This document shows positions 1 through 12,687 of a DNA stretch of 64,000 bases, in pieces. The notes below the pieces were generated by a model. The model saw only the letters and a list, made by a program, of their open reading frames with translations, did not search any database and was not told the origin of the DNA. Made by a program: the position numbers and the translations under genes. The stretch is taken from contig NW_024704742.1 of the NCBI RefSeq assembly GCF_018977255.1, positions 66,528,001 to 66,592,000 of the forward strand, given 5' to 3'. Source of the stretch: Callorhinchus milii. Taxonomy: Eukaryota. The stretch's first letter is position 1, and each line of letters starts with the position of its first letter.

Positions 1-39
1 AGTCCTAATCACTGTGACATAAGGGGGCTGTTCAGGCCT

Positions 40-350
40 AAGAGCAGAGCAACGAGGATAATCCTCAGTGTCAGAGGAATGAGCTGTGAGCAGTGATTGG
101 ACAAACAGGGCTGTTCAGTCTTGAGAAAAGATGATTCATAGGGGATTTCATTGAACCGTATAAAATTTAAAATGGGATTGAAAACGTAAACCCAGTTCAA
201 TACATTAGGATATTTCAAGAGGACATGGTTTACAACAACAACAACTTGCACTTATATAGTGCCTTCCATGCAGGGTAGTGTCTCAGAGCAGTTTAGAGTT
301 GTAAAGGGCACTTTCAGACAGTCACCAGGAAGTTTCTCGTTTTACAGGGA
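40..350 (+). mobile_element. CR1 LINE ORF2 C-terminal fragment, decayed, interrupted at 233-290
   Basis: Reads RATRII...LFSLEKR*FIGDFIEPYKI, matching the CR1 motif QRRATRMI...LFSLEKRRLRGDLIEVYKI; resumes after the insertion. Confidence 0.75.
233..290 (-). mobile_element. Ultra-short L2-type 3' tail insertion with 5-bp TSD
   Basis: (CAA)n tail plus hairpin remnant; GTTTA at 228-232 and 291-295. Confidence 0.75.
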
Positions 351-654
351 TTTCCTCTCTAAATCTGCTCCTTTTCTCCCTGCTGCCTTTAGCCATTGCC
401 TTTGACCAACACCATGAAGTTTATCTTTCTCTCATGTCTCCTTAACGTCTCTGCTTCACTTTTCAAAGCATCAGTACTGTGGCAAAGGGGACATATGAGC
501 AGAAGTCATTTTTCTTGCTCATATTGTATTTATATCAAGAATGTTATAATTTACAGCACTCAACCCGTTGAGACAATGCTGGTGCTAGCTCAGTATAAAG
601 GCTCTTATGCCAATTCCTTGCTCTCTTCCCATTACTCAATATCCTCTCATCCAT

Positions 655-930
655 CCTTCGGATGAGACTTTAATCAAGGTCCCATCCACCTATTCAGGTG
701 AATGTTAAAGATCCCACGCAATTGTTTGAAAAAGGAAGGGAGGTTCTCCTGTGTCTTGGCCAACAACCCCCAAATAAAATTGACCATTAACTCCATGTCT
801 GTTTATGGGATTGGCTGCTGGGTTTTGCCCACAAAATACACACTTCATAATATATCCCGTAAAGCGCTTTGAGACATCTTAATGAATTGATAAAACTCTA
901 TGTCAAATACAAGAATTATTCTTATTCTTA
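655..930 (+). mobile_element. DeuSINE (SacSINE1-like) 3' part
   Basis: gatgagac...ttcaggtgaatgttaaagatccca...ttggctgc...aagcgctttgagac...caaatacaagaattatt. Confidence 0.75.
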
Positions 931-1619
931 CGGAGGCTTCAATTATTAAATATTCTCAGTGTGATGGTGGGACTGTGGTGTTTTTTTTAACCAAGCTCTT
1001 TAGTTGTGGCCAGGATGCTGGTCTTGTTTAAGAAATAGCTTGGGATCACTCTAATGGACGGAGTGAGTATTCTGGTGGGATGAGATCAAGTTGGCCGGGC
1101 CAAAGGATCTTCTTGACCTGAACATCTCGTAACCTTCCCTTTAACCCTTCACCATTTAACTGTAGTTTTGGTGAGGTCAGAGAGTTCATTCTGGCAAGGT
1201 GGAGGGGTTGGTGGGAGGGGAGAGGGGCATAAATGGACCTGTTGTCAACGCACTAAATGTCTCTGGTTCAGGTTTGAGAACATGTTACAGGCAGTACACT
1301 AGTCCTGTTGTTTTCTTGCCAAGGTGAGAGATTGTGCAACAGGAATCCTGTCTGTCTAGTGGTGTGGGAATGTGCTGGGTGAAAAAAAGTGCTGCGTTGT
1401 TCTGTTTGCAACAGTGGGAATCATTGACTCGGGGGGAAGGGGAAAAAGAAAATACCTTTTTTTTATTGCACCTATTCATCTCAGTGAGGCAACTCACAGG
1501 TAAATTGTTGTCAAGTGTAGTGGCTTGTATATTTGTAGACAAACTCGTCAGCTGTTTTCATCAGCAAGACCCCAAAACAGCCATGATGGGAACAAATCAT
1601 TAATCTGGAATCTGGCAGA

Positions 1620-1945
1620 TTGTTAGTGGCTGTGTATTCTATAAGTACACAGCAATGCCTCACAGTCAAGGAGTGAATGATCAATTTTACTTTGGGGATT
1701 TGTTCGCCAGGATACCAGGAGAAGCTGCCTTTTTTTTCCAATAGTGCCGTCAGATCTTTGATATCCATAAGAACAGGCAGATGGGATATAGTATAACATC
1801 TCAACCAAAAGCTGGGATACCAACGTTCCCCCAGCAGCAATACATCAGAGTGTCAGCCCATACTGTGTGTCGACAAAGTCCCAAAGTGGGGCTTGAATCC
1901 CAACCTGCTGCCTTAAAGGTGAGAGTGCTGCCAACTGAGCCTCAA
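1620..1945 (-). mobile_element. DeuSINE, degraded
   Basis: Reverse complement of head (ccaactgagc, cttgaatcccaacc) and Deu body (tttccaatagtgccgtcagatcttt). Confidence 0.65.
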
Positions 1946-2154
1946 CTAATTAAAACCAGTTCATGTTGTCGTGGATTCTTTTGTTTGTGGCATTTAATTT
2001 CACTGTTAAGAATGCCCACAGACTAATCAGGTCATAAATTTTCAGTTAAATTGATTTGAACCTGACACGACAGCTTAATAATAGGCTGTCTTTGTGATTA
2101 ACGAGCCATGTTAGGGAGCACCTTACTCCACACCTTGACTTTCACCAGCTTCCA

Positions 2155-2410
2155 CCCAAGGGACACAAGTACAAGATAGTGACTAGGGGATCTAAAAGGA
2201 ATTAGGAGGAACTACTTTATGCAGAGGGTAGTGAGATTGTGGAGCTCGCTCCCCGAAGCAGTGGTTAAATCAGATAGTGTAAGATAGAGGTCAAGAAGAA
2301 GGGAGAGGGGAATAGAAGGGTATGGGAAGGAGTAAGGAATGGATGAAGACTCCTGTGGAGTATAAACATCAGCACAGACTGGTTGGGCCGAGTGACCTAT
2401 TTCAGTTCAG
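2155..2410 (+). mobile_element. CR1 LINE 3' end
   Basis: GHKYK...NYFMQRVVRLWSSLP-type terminus followed by 3' UTR tggagtataaacatcagcacagactggttgggccgagtgacct. Confidence 0.75.
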
Positions 2411-2422
2411 TATGTATGCATG

Positions 2423-2696
2423 TATGTGGATGACACCCAACTCTACCTCTCTGCCTCCACCCTTGACTCCAGGACCACTGCTATCCTGACTGAATGTCTG
2501 TTGGGCAACAAGTCCTGGCTGAGAGCTAACGTTCTTCAGTTGAGTGTCAACAAGACCAAGGCTCTCCTGTATGGCTCCCGTTAGGGCCTCCTCACCTCAG
2601 GCGCTGACAGCATCACCATCCATGATTGCACACTCCACCTTACTAAGCCAGTCCGGAAACTTGGGGTCTTGTTGACACTCAACTATCCTTTCTACC
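2423..2696 (+). mobile_element. L2 LINE reverse transcriptase fragment
   Basis: Reads YVDDTQLYLS...WLRANVLQLSVNKTKALL (L2 consensus type YADDTQLY...WM..N.L.LN..KT); its 3' part matches 6465-6565. Confidence 0.85.
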
Positions 2697-2734
2697 TGAA
2701 GGGAATAATACCGCTCGGACACCGGAAACCACAC

Positions 2735-3155
2735 TCGGACTGAGACTGATATAAAAAGGTTGTGGGTTCAAGCCGCACATCGAGACTGGGAACTTATATG
2801 GTCTAGGCTGACACTCCAATGCAGTGCTGGTGGTGTGCTGTATTATCAGCGGCGCGGTTCTTCAGATGAGACGTTAAATCGTGGTTCCTTCTGCTTATTC
2901 ATGTGGATATGAAAGATCCAGGAGCACTAATTGAAAAGAGAAATGGATTTCAACTGGTATCCTGGCCAACAATTCCCCCAAATAAAATTGGTTATTCACT
3001 TCATGCCTGTTTTTTGAACATTGCTGTGTGCAAATTGGCTGCCATGTTTGCCTAAAAAGCAGTCACTTTATCATATATCCTGTGAAGCATTTTGCAACTC
3101 CTCCTGAATTAAAAAGTGCCATATTAAATGTAAGAACTATTATTATAATTATTAT
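2735..3155 (+). mobile_element. DeuSINE, near full length
   Basis: B-box-like gggttcaagcc, tctaggctgacactccaatgcagtgctg, Deu domain, (ATT)n tail. Confidence 0.85.
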
Positions 3156-3605
3156 TAACAGTTTGATGCTCTGGTGGGAGGATAACAAGGGTATTCTGTA
3201 AGTGTGAGTTCAGATGGCCTGAAAGGTTTTCTTCTTCAAAACCAAACTTGTAATCTTGTGTTAAATATCGAGGAACAGCTGAATCAATGAAGGCAGAAAC
3301 CATCATTACTGGGATTGGGCTCATGGCTATGGGCAGCAAACTAGGAAGTGATGTCAATGGCAATCTAATGACCTAGCAGTTGACCATTTTAGCAAGAAAA
3401 GTCACCTCCGAGATGATATCTTATGTAAAATTGTTGTTATTGTTGCTATAGGCAATGGGTCCACAGCGCAATTGCATTCTAAGTGAATTTTTTGCTGCAG
3501 TGAAACTTGTTATATCGGGACTGCACTGTGCACTGACAGCTGTTGGATGCCAAATAAACTAAATGTAGAGAACAATCTCCACGGTCTTTAAGAGCATAAG
3601 TGGAA

Positions 3606-3957
3606 ACAAACAACAACAACAAATTACACTTGTACATAGCGGCTTTCATGTCAGGAGGACGTCAGAGGTTTGGACCCAAGCTGGAGGTTGGGATAAGGGG
3701 GGAGGGCAGGGATGGTGGGGGTAGGAGGTAGCCGAAGGCATGGTCGAAGAAGAGGGTCTTGAGATGGGCCTTGGAGGCAAGAGAGGGACAAAGCAAAGGG
3801 ACTGTGAGATGGAGTTCCAAATGGTGGGGCCAGAGAGGCTGAAGGCCCGACCATCGATGGTGGGGCTAGCTGGGCGGGGGGAGTGGAACAGGCCGGAGCC
3901 TGCTGAGCAGAGGGAGCGGGCAGGTCTATATGGAGTTAGCAGGTCACAGAGATAGGG
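3606..3957 (-). mobile_element. L2 LINE 3' fragment
   Basis: (CAA)n tail; reverse complement aligns with 6900-7340. Confidence 0.85.
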
Positions 3958-5198
3958 TGATAGGGAACGTACAGTTCAGATGAGGTGGTAAGGACCATCT
4001 GGGTTCAGCTGGTGAGACCTAACCACTTCCAACCACCCGTGCCCGCTCCCTCTCCCCACACACAGATCAATGGCTTTAAGTTAATAGCATTCTTTCCATA
4101 TTAAGTTTTCTTTTAAAAAAATGAGATTCCATTTAATTTTATTTTCCTTCCAAAGCCATTTCACTTCCTTGTCTTCTATTGTCAACATTGACTGTTCTAA
4201 TTAAGATTGATTTCCATGCTGGGGAGCAGGAGGCACTCTCCGAGCCTGTGCAATTATCTGTCATAATATTAATGGAGGCTTCAGCTTGTAACTGACTCAC
4301 AACAGCTGGATGTTGCCTCCCTACATGGAGCTCGGTTGGCTGCCGTCCCAAAATTCCCTGACTAAAGGCTTTCGGGGTTAATTACTTCTTGGATTTGCCA
4401 ATCTGCTACATATTTCATTGCTCTTGTATGTACTACCAGCTTATGATAGATGGAGGTTTCAAATTCCACCTAGTTGTAGTCTATTTGGAAAAGAGAAACA
4501 AGTTTCTCTGAATGTCCTGGCTAATAACCTCCAAATAAAACTGGTATTTCACTTCATGGCTGTTTGCAGCCAATTTTCCTTTAATTCCATGCACGTTAGC
4601 TTGTCAATAAAACCTTACTTATTGAAGACTGTTCAGAATATCGAGAAGAGAAGGAAGTTCTTCATGATGACCTGGCCAACAATCCCTCCAGATTAAATTG
4701 GTCATTCACCTCCTTGAACAATGCTGTATACTATGAAGTACACATTCACTAAACTCCAAATCCTGTAAAATCCTGTGAAATGTTTTGAGATGTCTCGTTA
4801 CAACGTGATAAGGCACTATATCAAATGCAGGGATTATTATAAAATTTTTCAACCCTTTTTGTGGCTCTCTTGCGTGAGGAACTCCGTTTTGACCAGCTTG
4901 TTCCATGGTTTGAATCCAAATGTTCAGCAACGCAACAGCTGTTCAACAAGACTTCAAGGTTAGAATGTTTTGTACATCGGCTGCAGGAACTGCACAGCTC
5001 TCCTCTCTTGCTGTGTGCAAAAGGACTGTCGTGTTTGGCTACAAACACACAGTTACTACAATTTACAGTAAATCCTGTGAAGTGTTTTGAGACGTTTTGA
5101 CAACGTGATAAGGTAAGATAAGATGTGATAATATCAAAGATATTATAAATTTAAGGCCCATATTTTTGCGTTGGAACATGCAACAAGGTACATAGTTG

Positions 5199-5301
5199 AA
5201 ACAAAAACAGAAGTCATTGGGAACACTCAGCAGGTCAGGCAGCATCTATGGAGAAAGGAAAGTGAGTCAACGTTTCGGGTCCACAACACTTTGTCAGAAC
5301 T
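5199..5301 (-). mobile_element. Penelope-like mini-insertion with degenerate hammerhead motif
   Basis: 12-bp TSD GGTACATAGTTG (5187-5198, 5302-5313); minus strand begins agttCTGACAAagtgttgtggacccGAAACGTTgact; homologous to 53997-54095. Confidence 0.8.
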
Positions 5302-6464
5302 GGTACATAGTTGTGTTGGAATGTCTCTGTGAAGTGCTCGGAGATGTTAAACAATGTGAATGGCACTATATAAGTGCAGGTTGTTGTCATTGCCTACCAT
5401 CTGAGTGATTCAAAGTCCATCCATTGCATTTCCGAAACTGATGAGTGCATGGATGTGAAGGATGTTTCTTAGTACGACCAGTACGTCTCTCCCTCCCACC
5501 CCCACCCCATTCCCCACCCACCACCACCAGGCAAGCTTGCGGAAGTACAGCAGTACCTTATTAACATAGTTTAGCCTAGAGTCAGCTACCCATTACAAAG
5601 TGATATCATTTTTATTCTCCGCAGGTAACACAGGTCTTCAAATTCCGATTTGGTGGAACAAGGCACACTCTGTCCCTTTCGATACTGTGACTGAGTAACT
5701 GAATTTAGTTGTCTCGTTGCCTTTCAGTGGGACCAGTCTTCTTGTGGAGACAGATATTATTTCATTGCTTTGTAAAAAGACAACAGCTATTAACAAGTGA
5801 GCAGTAAGTACGCTTTGAAGTGCTCCAAAGTCCAACTTCTGATAACTTTTACACTTGGTGGCACTTTCCTTAATGTCTGCTCTTACCTTTGCGTAAATAC
5901 ATCATGAAATACCAATAATAGCAATACTTCCATTTGATATAGCGCCTCTCAAAATGCTTCACAGGATATTACTGCAAAGTAATTTCTCCCACAAAATATG
6001 CAGTCACTACACTTTACAGTACATTCTGTGAAGCGCTTTGAGACATCTCAGTGAAGTGATAAGGCACTATATCAAATGCAAGAATTATTATTACTATAAT
6101 AAGTGTAGTCACTGTGTGTTTGTAGGCAAATCATGCAATAATAATGAAAAAAACCCTCTAAAATATATTGTAAAAACACCCACACTGATTCAATGAAGGT
6201 ATGTTAATGGGTTGAAATTTCATCCTCGATAAACCTCTACTCATTATCAGCTGACAGTCATATTATCTCCAGTACAAGGCTCCACAAGCCACTAGTGCCA
6301 CCAGACCTGCTGAATATAAAGTTATAGTGTTGGAATTAAGCAAATACCTGACAAACAAAACTACAAAATACTTTGGGTGATAGGGCAGGGGAGTGGATAT
6401 ATGTTCCTCGCTTCCTAAATTAATAAGTAATAAACCTTATATTGGTATTTTAAGTAAAGTGCTT

Positions 6465-7341
6465 TCAGGCGCTGACAGCATCACCATCCATGGATGCACA
6501 TTCCACCTTACTAAGCCAGTCGGGAACCTTGGTGTCTTGTTTGACCCTCAACTATCATTTCTACCCCACATCTGTGCTATGACCCGCTCTGCCTTCCCCA
6601 CCTCCGCAACATTGCCCGGCTCTGCTACTATCTCACACCGCAGGCCACCAAAACCCTCATACATACATTCATTACATCAAGGCTTGACTATGCAAACTCC
6701 TTGCTTGTTGGCCTCCCCAACTCCTCCCTCCACAGGCTGCAGATCATCTAGAACTCTGCAGCCCATATCCTCTCCCACATCCGACTCCGTGACCCTATCA
6801 CCCCCATCCTTGCCCAACTCCACTGGCTTCCCATCACACAGAGGATATAGTTCAAGATCCTGGTCCTCACCTTGAAAGCCCTCCATGGTCTTGCTCCCCC
6901 CCTACCTCTGCAACCTCCTAACCCCCTACAATTCTGCCCACTCCCTCCACTCAGTGGGTACTGGCCTGCTTCACATCCCCCGCCTCGCCCACCCCACCAT
7001 TGGCAGATGAGCCTTCTGCCACTTTGCCCCCACCCTCTGGAACTCCATCCTGCAGTCCCTCCACCTCGCCCCCTCCCTTGCCTCCTTCAAGATCCATCTC
7101 AAGACCTTCCTCTTCAACAACAACAAGATTTCATTTATAGAGCGCCTTTCATGTCGGGAGGACGTCCCAAGGCGCTGGACAGTTGGGTCTTCGACCATGC
7201 TTTCGATCACCCTGCATCCCTCCCTGCCCTCCCCCTACCCAATCCCGACCCGCAGCTTGGGTCCAAAATTCTGACTGTCCAGTGCCTTGTGACGTCCTCC
7301 TGAAGTGAAAGGCGCTATACAAATGTAATTTTGTTGTTGTT
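6465..7341 (+). mobile_element. L2 LINE, 5'-truncated, ORF2 C-terminus and 3' UTR
   Basis: NLGVLFDPQLSF, SRLDYANSLL, LHWLP...FKILVLT...ALHGLAP motifs with frameshifts; terminal hairpin and (TTG)n tail. Confidence 0.92.
7116..7187 (-). mobile_element. 72-bp L2 3' stem-loop/tail insertion nested in the L2
   Basis: TSD TCTTC at 7111-7115 and 7188-7192; the paralogous L2 near 19790 shows the empty site ctcctcttcgacc. Confidence 0.9.
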
Positions 7342-7660
7342 GGTTTAGCGCCTTTCTCGTCAGGAGGACAGCTCAAACTCTTTACAGGATTTACTGCAAA
7401 GTGGAGTGACTTTTTTTTTGCTTTGTTCTTGTCAGCTGGGTGTCTGACACGTGCGGAAACCTATCACCATGCTTAAGAGTAACCAAATCAAACTGAGAAT
7501 TCAACGACTGTGTGTTTTGTGGGTAAACACGACAGCCAATTTACACATAGCAACATCCCACAAAAAGCCATGGAGTGGATGATCAACTTTATTTGGAGAA
7601 ATATGGCTGATTTCCTGTGTTCTTACATATATAATAATCCTTGCACATGATATAGCACTT

Positions 7661-8026
7661 TAATAATAATAATCCTTGCATTTGATATAGCGCTTTTCAT
7701 GTCTTCGAGACGTTCTCAAAGAGCTTCACAGAATATACTGTAAGTGAAATGACTGTATATTTGTGGGCAAAACGCGGCAGTGAATTGCGCACAGCAGTGT
7801 CCCATAATCAGTCTTGGATTGAGTGACCAAATTATTATTGTTTTTTTTGAAAGATTATTATGTCCGGAAAAGCGATCTGCCAATCAACTAACAACCGGTT
7901 TCCTACTTACTGCTAGGTAAACAGAGGCGTGTGGAGTAAGAAAACTTGCCCAACATTTCGCCCTGCTGGGAATAGAACCCAGCTCGTTCACTGGAGAGGC
8001 AAGTGCTCTAACCCCTGAGCTACTCC
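7661..8026 (-). mobile_element. tRNA/CORE-like/Deu SINE, long subfamily
   Basis: Reverse complement of head, ttgggcaagt block, gcctctgtttacctagcagtaagtagg block, Deu-type 3' part, (ATT)n tail. Confidence 0.9.
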
Positions 8027-9086
8027 ACATTGCTGTGTTCCCGCATTACTATGTTCCCGCGACAGTGCTTGTATTTTAAAAGTTCAGATCATTGTTTATT
8101 TGATCGTAGTGCCCTTTCATTTGCTTTATAATAAAAAGGAATCTGTTTTAAAGTATGAAGCCTCTGAATTAATGAACAAGTAATCTCAGTTTTGAAGCAG
8201 TGCTGACACAAATCCTCTTCTCTTGTTCTGTAGAATGGAGGGTTGATATCTTTTATAGTGAAATGTGCTCTGCTGTACCAAGCTCTACAGTTCATCATTC
8301 TGATCCTCACCAGGCTCCGCACACCTATTGTCCACATCCTCACAATGCTCCACTGGCTCCCAGTAACACAGCACAGCAACTTTCAGATCCATGGCCTCAC
8401 CTATAGGATCTCTTTCTACTCTACTCTTCCACCAGCTCCTCGTATTCTGCTCTGCTGCTCCAGGCCAGGCTGAGCTTTCAGTTCTGTCCTTTGGAATTCT
8501 CTTCCAGAACCAAACTTTTTGTCCTTGATCCTCCCTTTCCTTTTCCTGTCTTCAAAACCTTCCTAAAAATGTATAACTTCATCCATGCACAATAATAATA
8601 ATAATTATGATTGTATTTGATATAGTACCTTAGACGTCTCAAAGCGCTTCACATAATATACTGTAAAGTGACTGTGTATTTGTGGGAAAAACGCGGCAGC
8701 CAATTGCACACAGGTAATAAATAACAATCCTTTCATGTGGTATAGGGTATCCAAGGGTCCAATAAAACAATGTCACAGGCAATTGCTGTCGAGTGTAGTC
8801 ATTGCTTTTTGTAGGCAAAAAGGAAAGCCATTTTGCATTAAAAAAGATTTCACAAACAGCAAATGATCAATTCATCTTGGATTGTTGGCCAGGATACCAG
8901 GAGAAACAATTTTCACATTTCAAATAATAATAATAATAATCATAGACATTTATATAGCGTCCGCACACAGGATAGCGTCCCGGAGTGCTTGACAGTGGTG
9001 GAGCATGATGCCAATAAGAATAATAAGTGTTATGAGACCTTTAAAGTCCACCTGAACAGGTAGTTTAATAATTTTTTAATTTTTTG

Positions 9087-9374
9087 TCAATTGAGCCAAG
9101 CTCACACCTTGACAAGTTGCTGTTGTGTTTGTATGTCTATTTGTTGAGTATCCACATACCTGTACCTATGAACAAAATACTGTTGCATTGTGCACTTTCT
9201 TCAACTCATTTGGTATTTTCAAAAGCAAGTTTGTTCATCATGTGTTCCCACAGTCGGTTAGAGAAAGAAGAAAGCTCCCTCTACACTGTCCATCCAACTC
9301 CTGGGTCAGGGTTAGAGGCACACTTTCACATGAAGACACAACAACTTGTCAAGGTGTGAGCTTGGCTCAGTTGA
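9087..9374. repeat. 33-bp inverted repeat around a 222-bp spacer
   Basis: 9087-9119 is the reverse complement of 9342-9374 with one mismatch. Confidence 0.9.
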
Positions 9375-10954
9375 TATCATTCTTGGCTCTAGATCAATCA
9401 GATTCAGGTTCACAGTGGGAATGAGCTCAGTCTAAGGCAGTGGAGTACTGGGGGAGAAAAGGGTGCAAATGTTAGGTGCTATTCTTGCCCTTTTTGCTGC
9501 AAGTCTGGCAGATTGTTGGCAATAAAGTTCAGAAGGACATTAAAACTGAATTTGCCTTTTCCTTTTACACCATTTATTTGCGTTGTGAAAATCAGCGCAA
9601 TACACATTGCACATGGACAAACTCGCTTTTGAAAATACTAAGCGTGTCCAAGAAATGCAACATGTTTGTAAGGAACAAAATAAGGGGGGATGGGTGTGGG
9701 GATAGTGGGGAGTAGGAGAAACAGTGCAACATTGTTAAAAATGAGTCGTAACTGGCTTTGGAACACAAGGGGAGGAATGAATAAAACCCACTGTGTAAAG
9801 AAGGTTGTAAGGGAATGAAAGAGCAATGAGATCTGAAAACCGTGTCCCCAGAGGTCTGTGGCATGAATGGCCGTGCATACAAATAGAGAACTTGCACAGT
9901 ATAATATCTGGAGCAGAGTGCGTTTACGTATTGTCCAAACTGTGGGGTTGGTCACCGTTACTGCTGTACCATGTGACATAGAGTAATGGAGGATGGTTAA
10001 ATCATATTACCATCATTCAGAAGGTCATTGAAGCCATTATAGTCCCTAAGAGGTTTTACACCAATGCGAACGTCCCACAATGGCCTCAGATGGATGGTAA
10101 TGGCCACAGTGATATTGAATGAGTGATATACTTGTCACTATTCAGATAGATATTTAAACTTGCTGTTGTTGAGATGCACGTGTGGTTTGATGAAGTGAGA
10201 CGCTTTATGTCTCAGGCCATCGCTAATGCTATTTGTTCGGTGTTACATTCAATACACACCCACTGGAAAGTAGTTTCATGTTGAGAAGTGTTTGTGGTCT
10301 AAATTTCGAGATGACACCCCAGTGTGAAAGGCACTATACAGATGTAATTTTGTGTTGTATTTTGTAAATTGCATGATTTCTGAACAGGTGTGTTTCAGAG
10401 GCAGCCCGAATTGCACCAAGCAGATTCCTTCCGTTGATCAGAAATACATCACAACAATAACAACAAATTGCATTTATACAGCACCTTTCATAATAATAAT
10501 AATAATCCTTGCATTTGATATAGTGATTTATCACGTCTTCAAGATGTATCAAAGCTCTTCACATAAGTGAATTAACTGTATATTTTTGTGGGTGAAACAT
10601 GTTGAGAGGATGTCCCAAGGTGCTGGACAGCAAAGTACCCGCTGAGCGGTGGGAGCGGACAAGTTGGTAGGGTTTTAGGAGGTGGGGCGTGGAGGGCTTT
10701 GAAGGTGAGAACAAGGATTTTAAACTCAATCCTCTGAGGGATGGGGAGCCAGTGAAGCCAACGCCCCTCCCCTTCCCTCCCACCTCAAAATGCTAGAAGT
10801 GAAATTAGGAACTAATGAGTTGATGCCTTCAAGGGTGAATGCCATCAATTTGGGTTATATTTTTGAAATTCACTTCTTGTTTCAACCATTGAAACAGACT
10901 GGCACTGGTGTCAGAATGGCTGATTGACAATTTAGGCCACTTTCGCAGCAATTT

Positions 10955-11290
10955 TTTTTGGTGTCTGACAAGCATGGAAACCGAGGTTAAGAGTATCCAA
11001 ACAAGACTGAGAGTTGCCTTGGGACGTCCTCCTGACGTGAAAGGCGCTTTATAAATGGAATCTTGTTGTTGTTGTTGAGTTCCATGCATCCCACCAAAGC
11101 AACAAAATTCCCATGTTCTGGAACAGACTGCGCACTCTCTCCCCAGAGGGATGCATCCCGCTTATCCTATTCTGGAGAGCAATAGGTTGGCAAGAGCCAA
11201 GACTTGGGGACCCCAGTCTGTGCACTGAGGGTGTTTCTGTCATTTAACCAGCTAAACCTGTGTAGTTTGCTACTGAAAGCTGCTTGTCAG
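10955..11290 (-). mobile_element. Unclassified hairpin/oligo(A)-ended repeat (family E), with nested L2 tail 11016-11076
   Basis: Shares gtgtctgacac...gagtatccaaac...ctctctcccc.gaggga...gccaagacttggggac with about ten other loci; nested insert has TSD GAGTT (11011-11015, 11077-11081). Confidence 0.7.
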
Positions 11291-12687
11291 AGCACAATTT
11301 TCTCTCTTTATTTTGTTATTCAGTAAGAAGTGCTACTTTGGCAAACACAGATAGGATTTCCAAGCCAAACTGAGAGAAGCGTTTCCCCACTGAAAGTAAT
11401 CTTTGTAGCTCACAACTCTTGTCCTACAAACAGCAGATTTTCTTTCAAGCAAATGTCTGGTTTGGCTGCTGGTTTTCCAGCCCCCTGCGGGTTTTGTTTG
11501 CGAGGCTACGTTGTCCTGAAATCTCAGCTCCGCCTGCCTACAGGAGATTGGCACATACATTGATTTCACGCCAATAGGGGAAAAAAAAGCAGATGGACAT
11601 CTGTTTCCCTGAACCCAATGTCAGCTCCACAGGACCACTTCCTCACTCGGTGCATTCTTTCAACTTTCCTTAAGCTTCTATAGCAAGCATTGACGCAACT
11701 TATCTCATTAGAGCAGATTTTATTAATGTACAGTAAACTTCTGATAACTCGAACCTGGCTTAACTTATCAATATCACTTAAGTCATCATGCTGTCAATAT
11801 CCTGGCCACATTTATTTGCGCATGGCATTTATGTATCTCCCCAATTTACCATTCGGATAACTTGTTACTGAGCCTTTTCCCTTGCCATGATGACTTATCA
11901 GGAGTGTATTATATCTATATATTAAAAATATATACATACAGACAGTACAGTACAATAAATAATAATAATCCTTGCAATTGATATAGCGACTTATCACATC
12001 TTCGAGATGTCTCAAAGCACTTTACAGAATGTAAATATTGCCTATATTTTGTGGGCGAAACGTGGAGCCAATTACGCATTGTGTATGTGTGTTGGGTGGT
12101 GGGAGTGGGGTGGGGGGGTGTTGGGAGCAAGTCAGAGGCACTCTGGAATGGAGTTCCAAAACACTTCCAAAATAGCATTGTTTCCTATTCTTTATTCTTT
12201 TTACTGGCCTTATTCTGGGATGTGTCATGTGCTCCCAAGAGCTTCATCTTCTCTGTTATGGCCGTGTAATCAGCAAAGGAAAACAAGTCGGCGGATCTGA
12301 AATGAAATGAATTAATGAGCCCCTCAGGAACGCTGTCTGTTTTTTCCCAATGTACTGTTAAACCCCTTTGTCTGGGCGGTCTGTCGCTTTATTATTGCTG
12401 CTGCTTATCTCATCTGTGTGTATCAAGAATCAATAAGTCAGACTTCAAAGCACAGATTTTCTCTTTTCACAGACCATTACTGCCCTGTAACTATGGGCTG
12501 CATAATTTCTATGGTGTATTCTGTAGCTCTCCTTTTCCAGTGTGCTTTGTACATGCGACAAATTGAGAGTTAACAGTTATTTCCTCTTGATGTGGGTGGA
12601 AGAAAATAACAGTTAATAGTGTTGTTGAGTTCATAGTCGGTGGTGATCAATCTTTATGATCGGCCAACAAAAGAAATGTTCTTGATT

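Noticed and set aside
6393..7303. Longest ORFs (160 and 143 aa)
   Set aside because: Frameshifted L2 ORF2 and 3' UTR read-through, not host genes.
9255..9325. ctcctgggtcagggttagaggcacac as an LF-SINE fragment
   Set aside because: Context (aaagctccctctacactgtcc) matches a different short repeat also seen near 45245-45305; too short to assign.
12093..12125. G-run clusters able to form G-quadruplexes (also near 29580 and 52320)
   Set aside because: Common low-complexity tracts, mostly within or beside decayed repeats; nothing indicates function.
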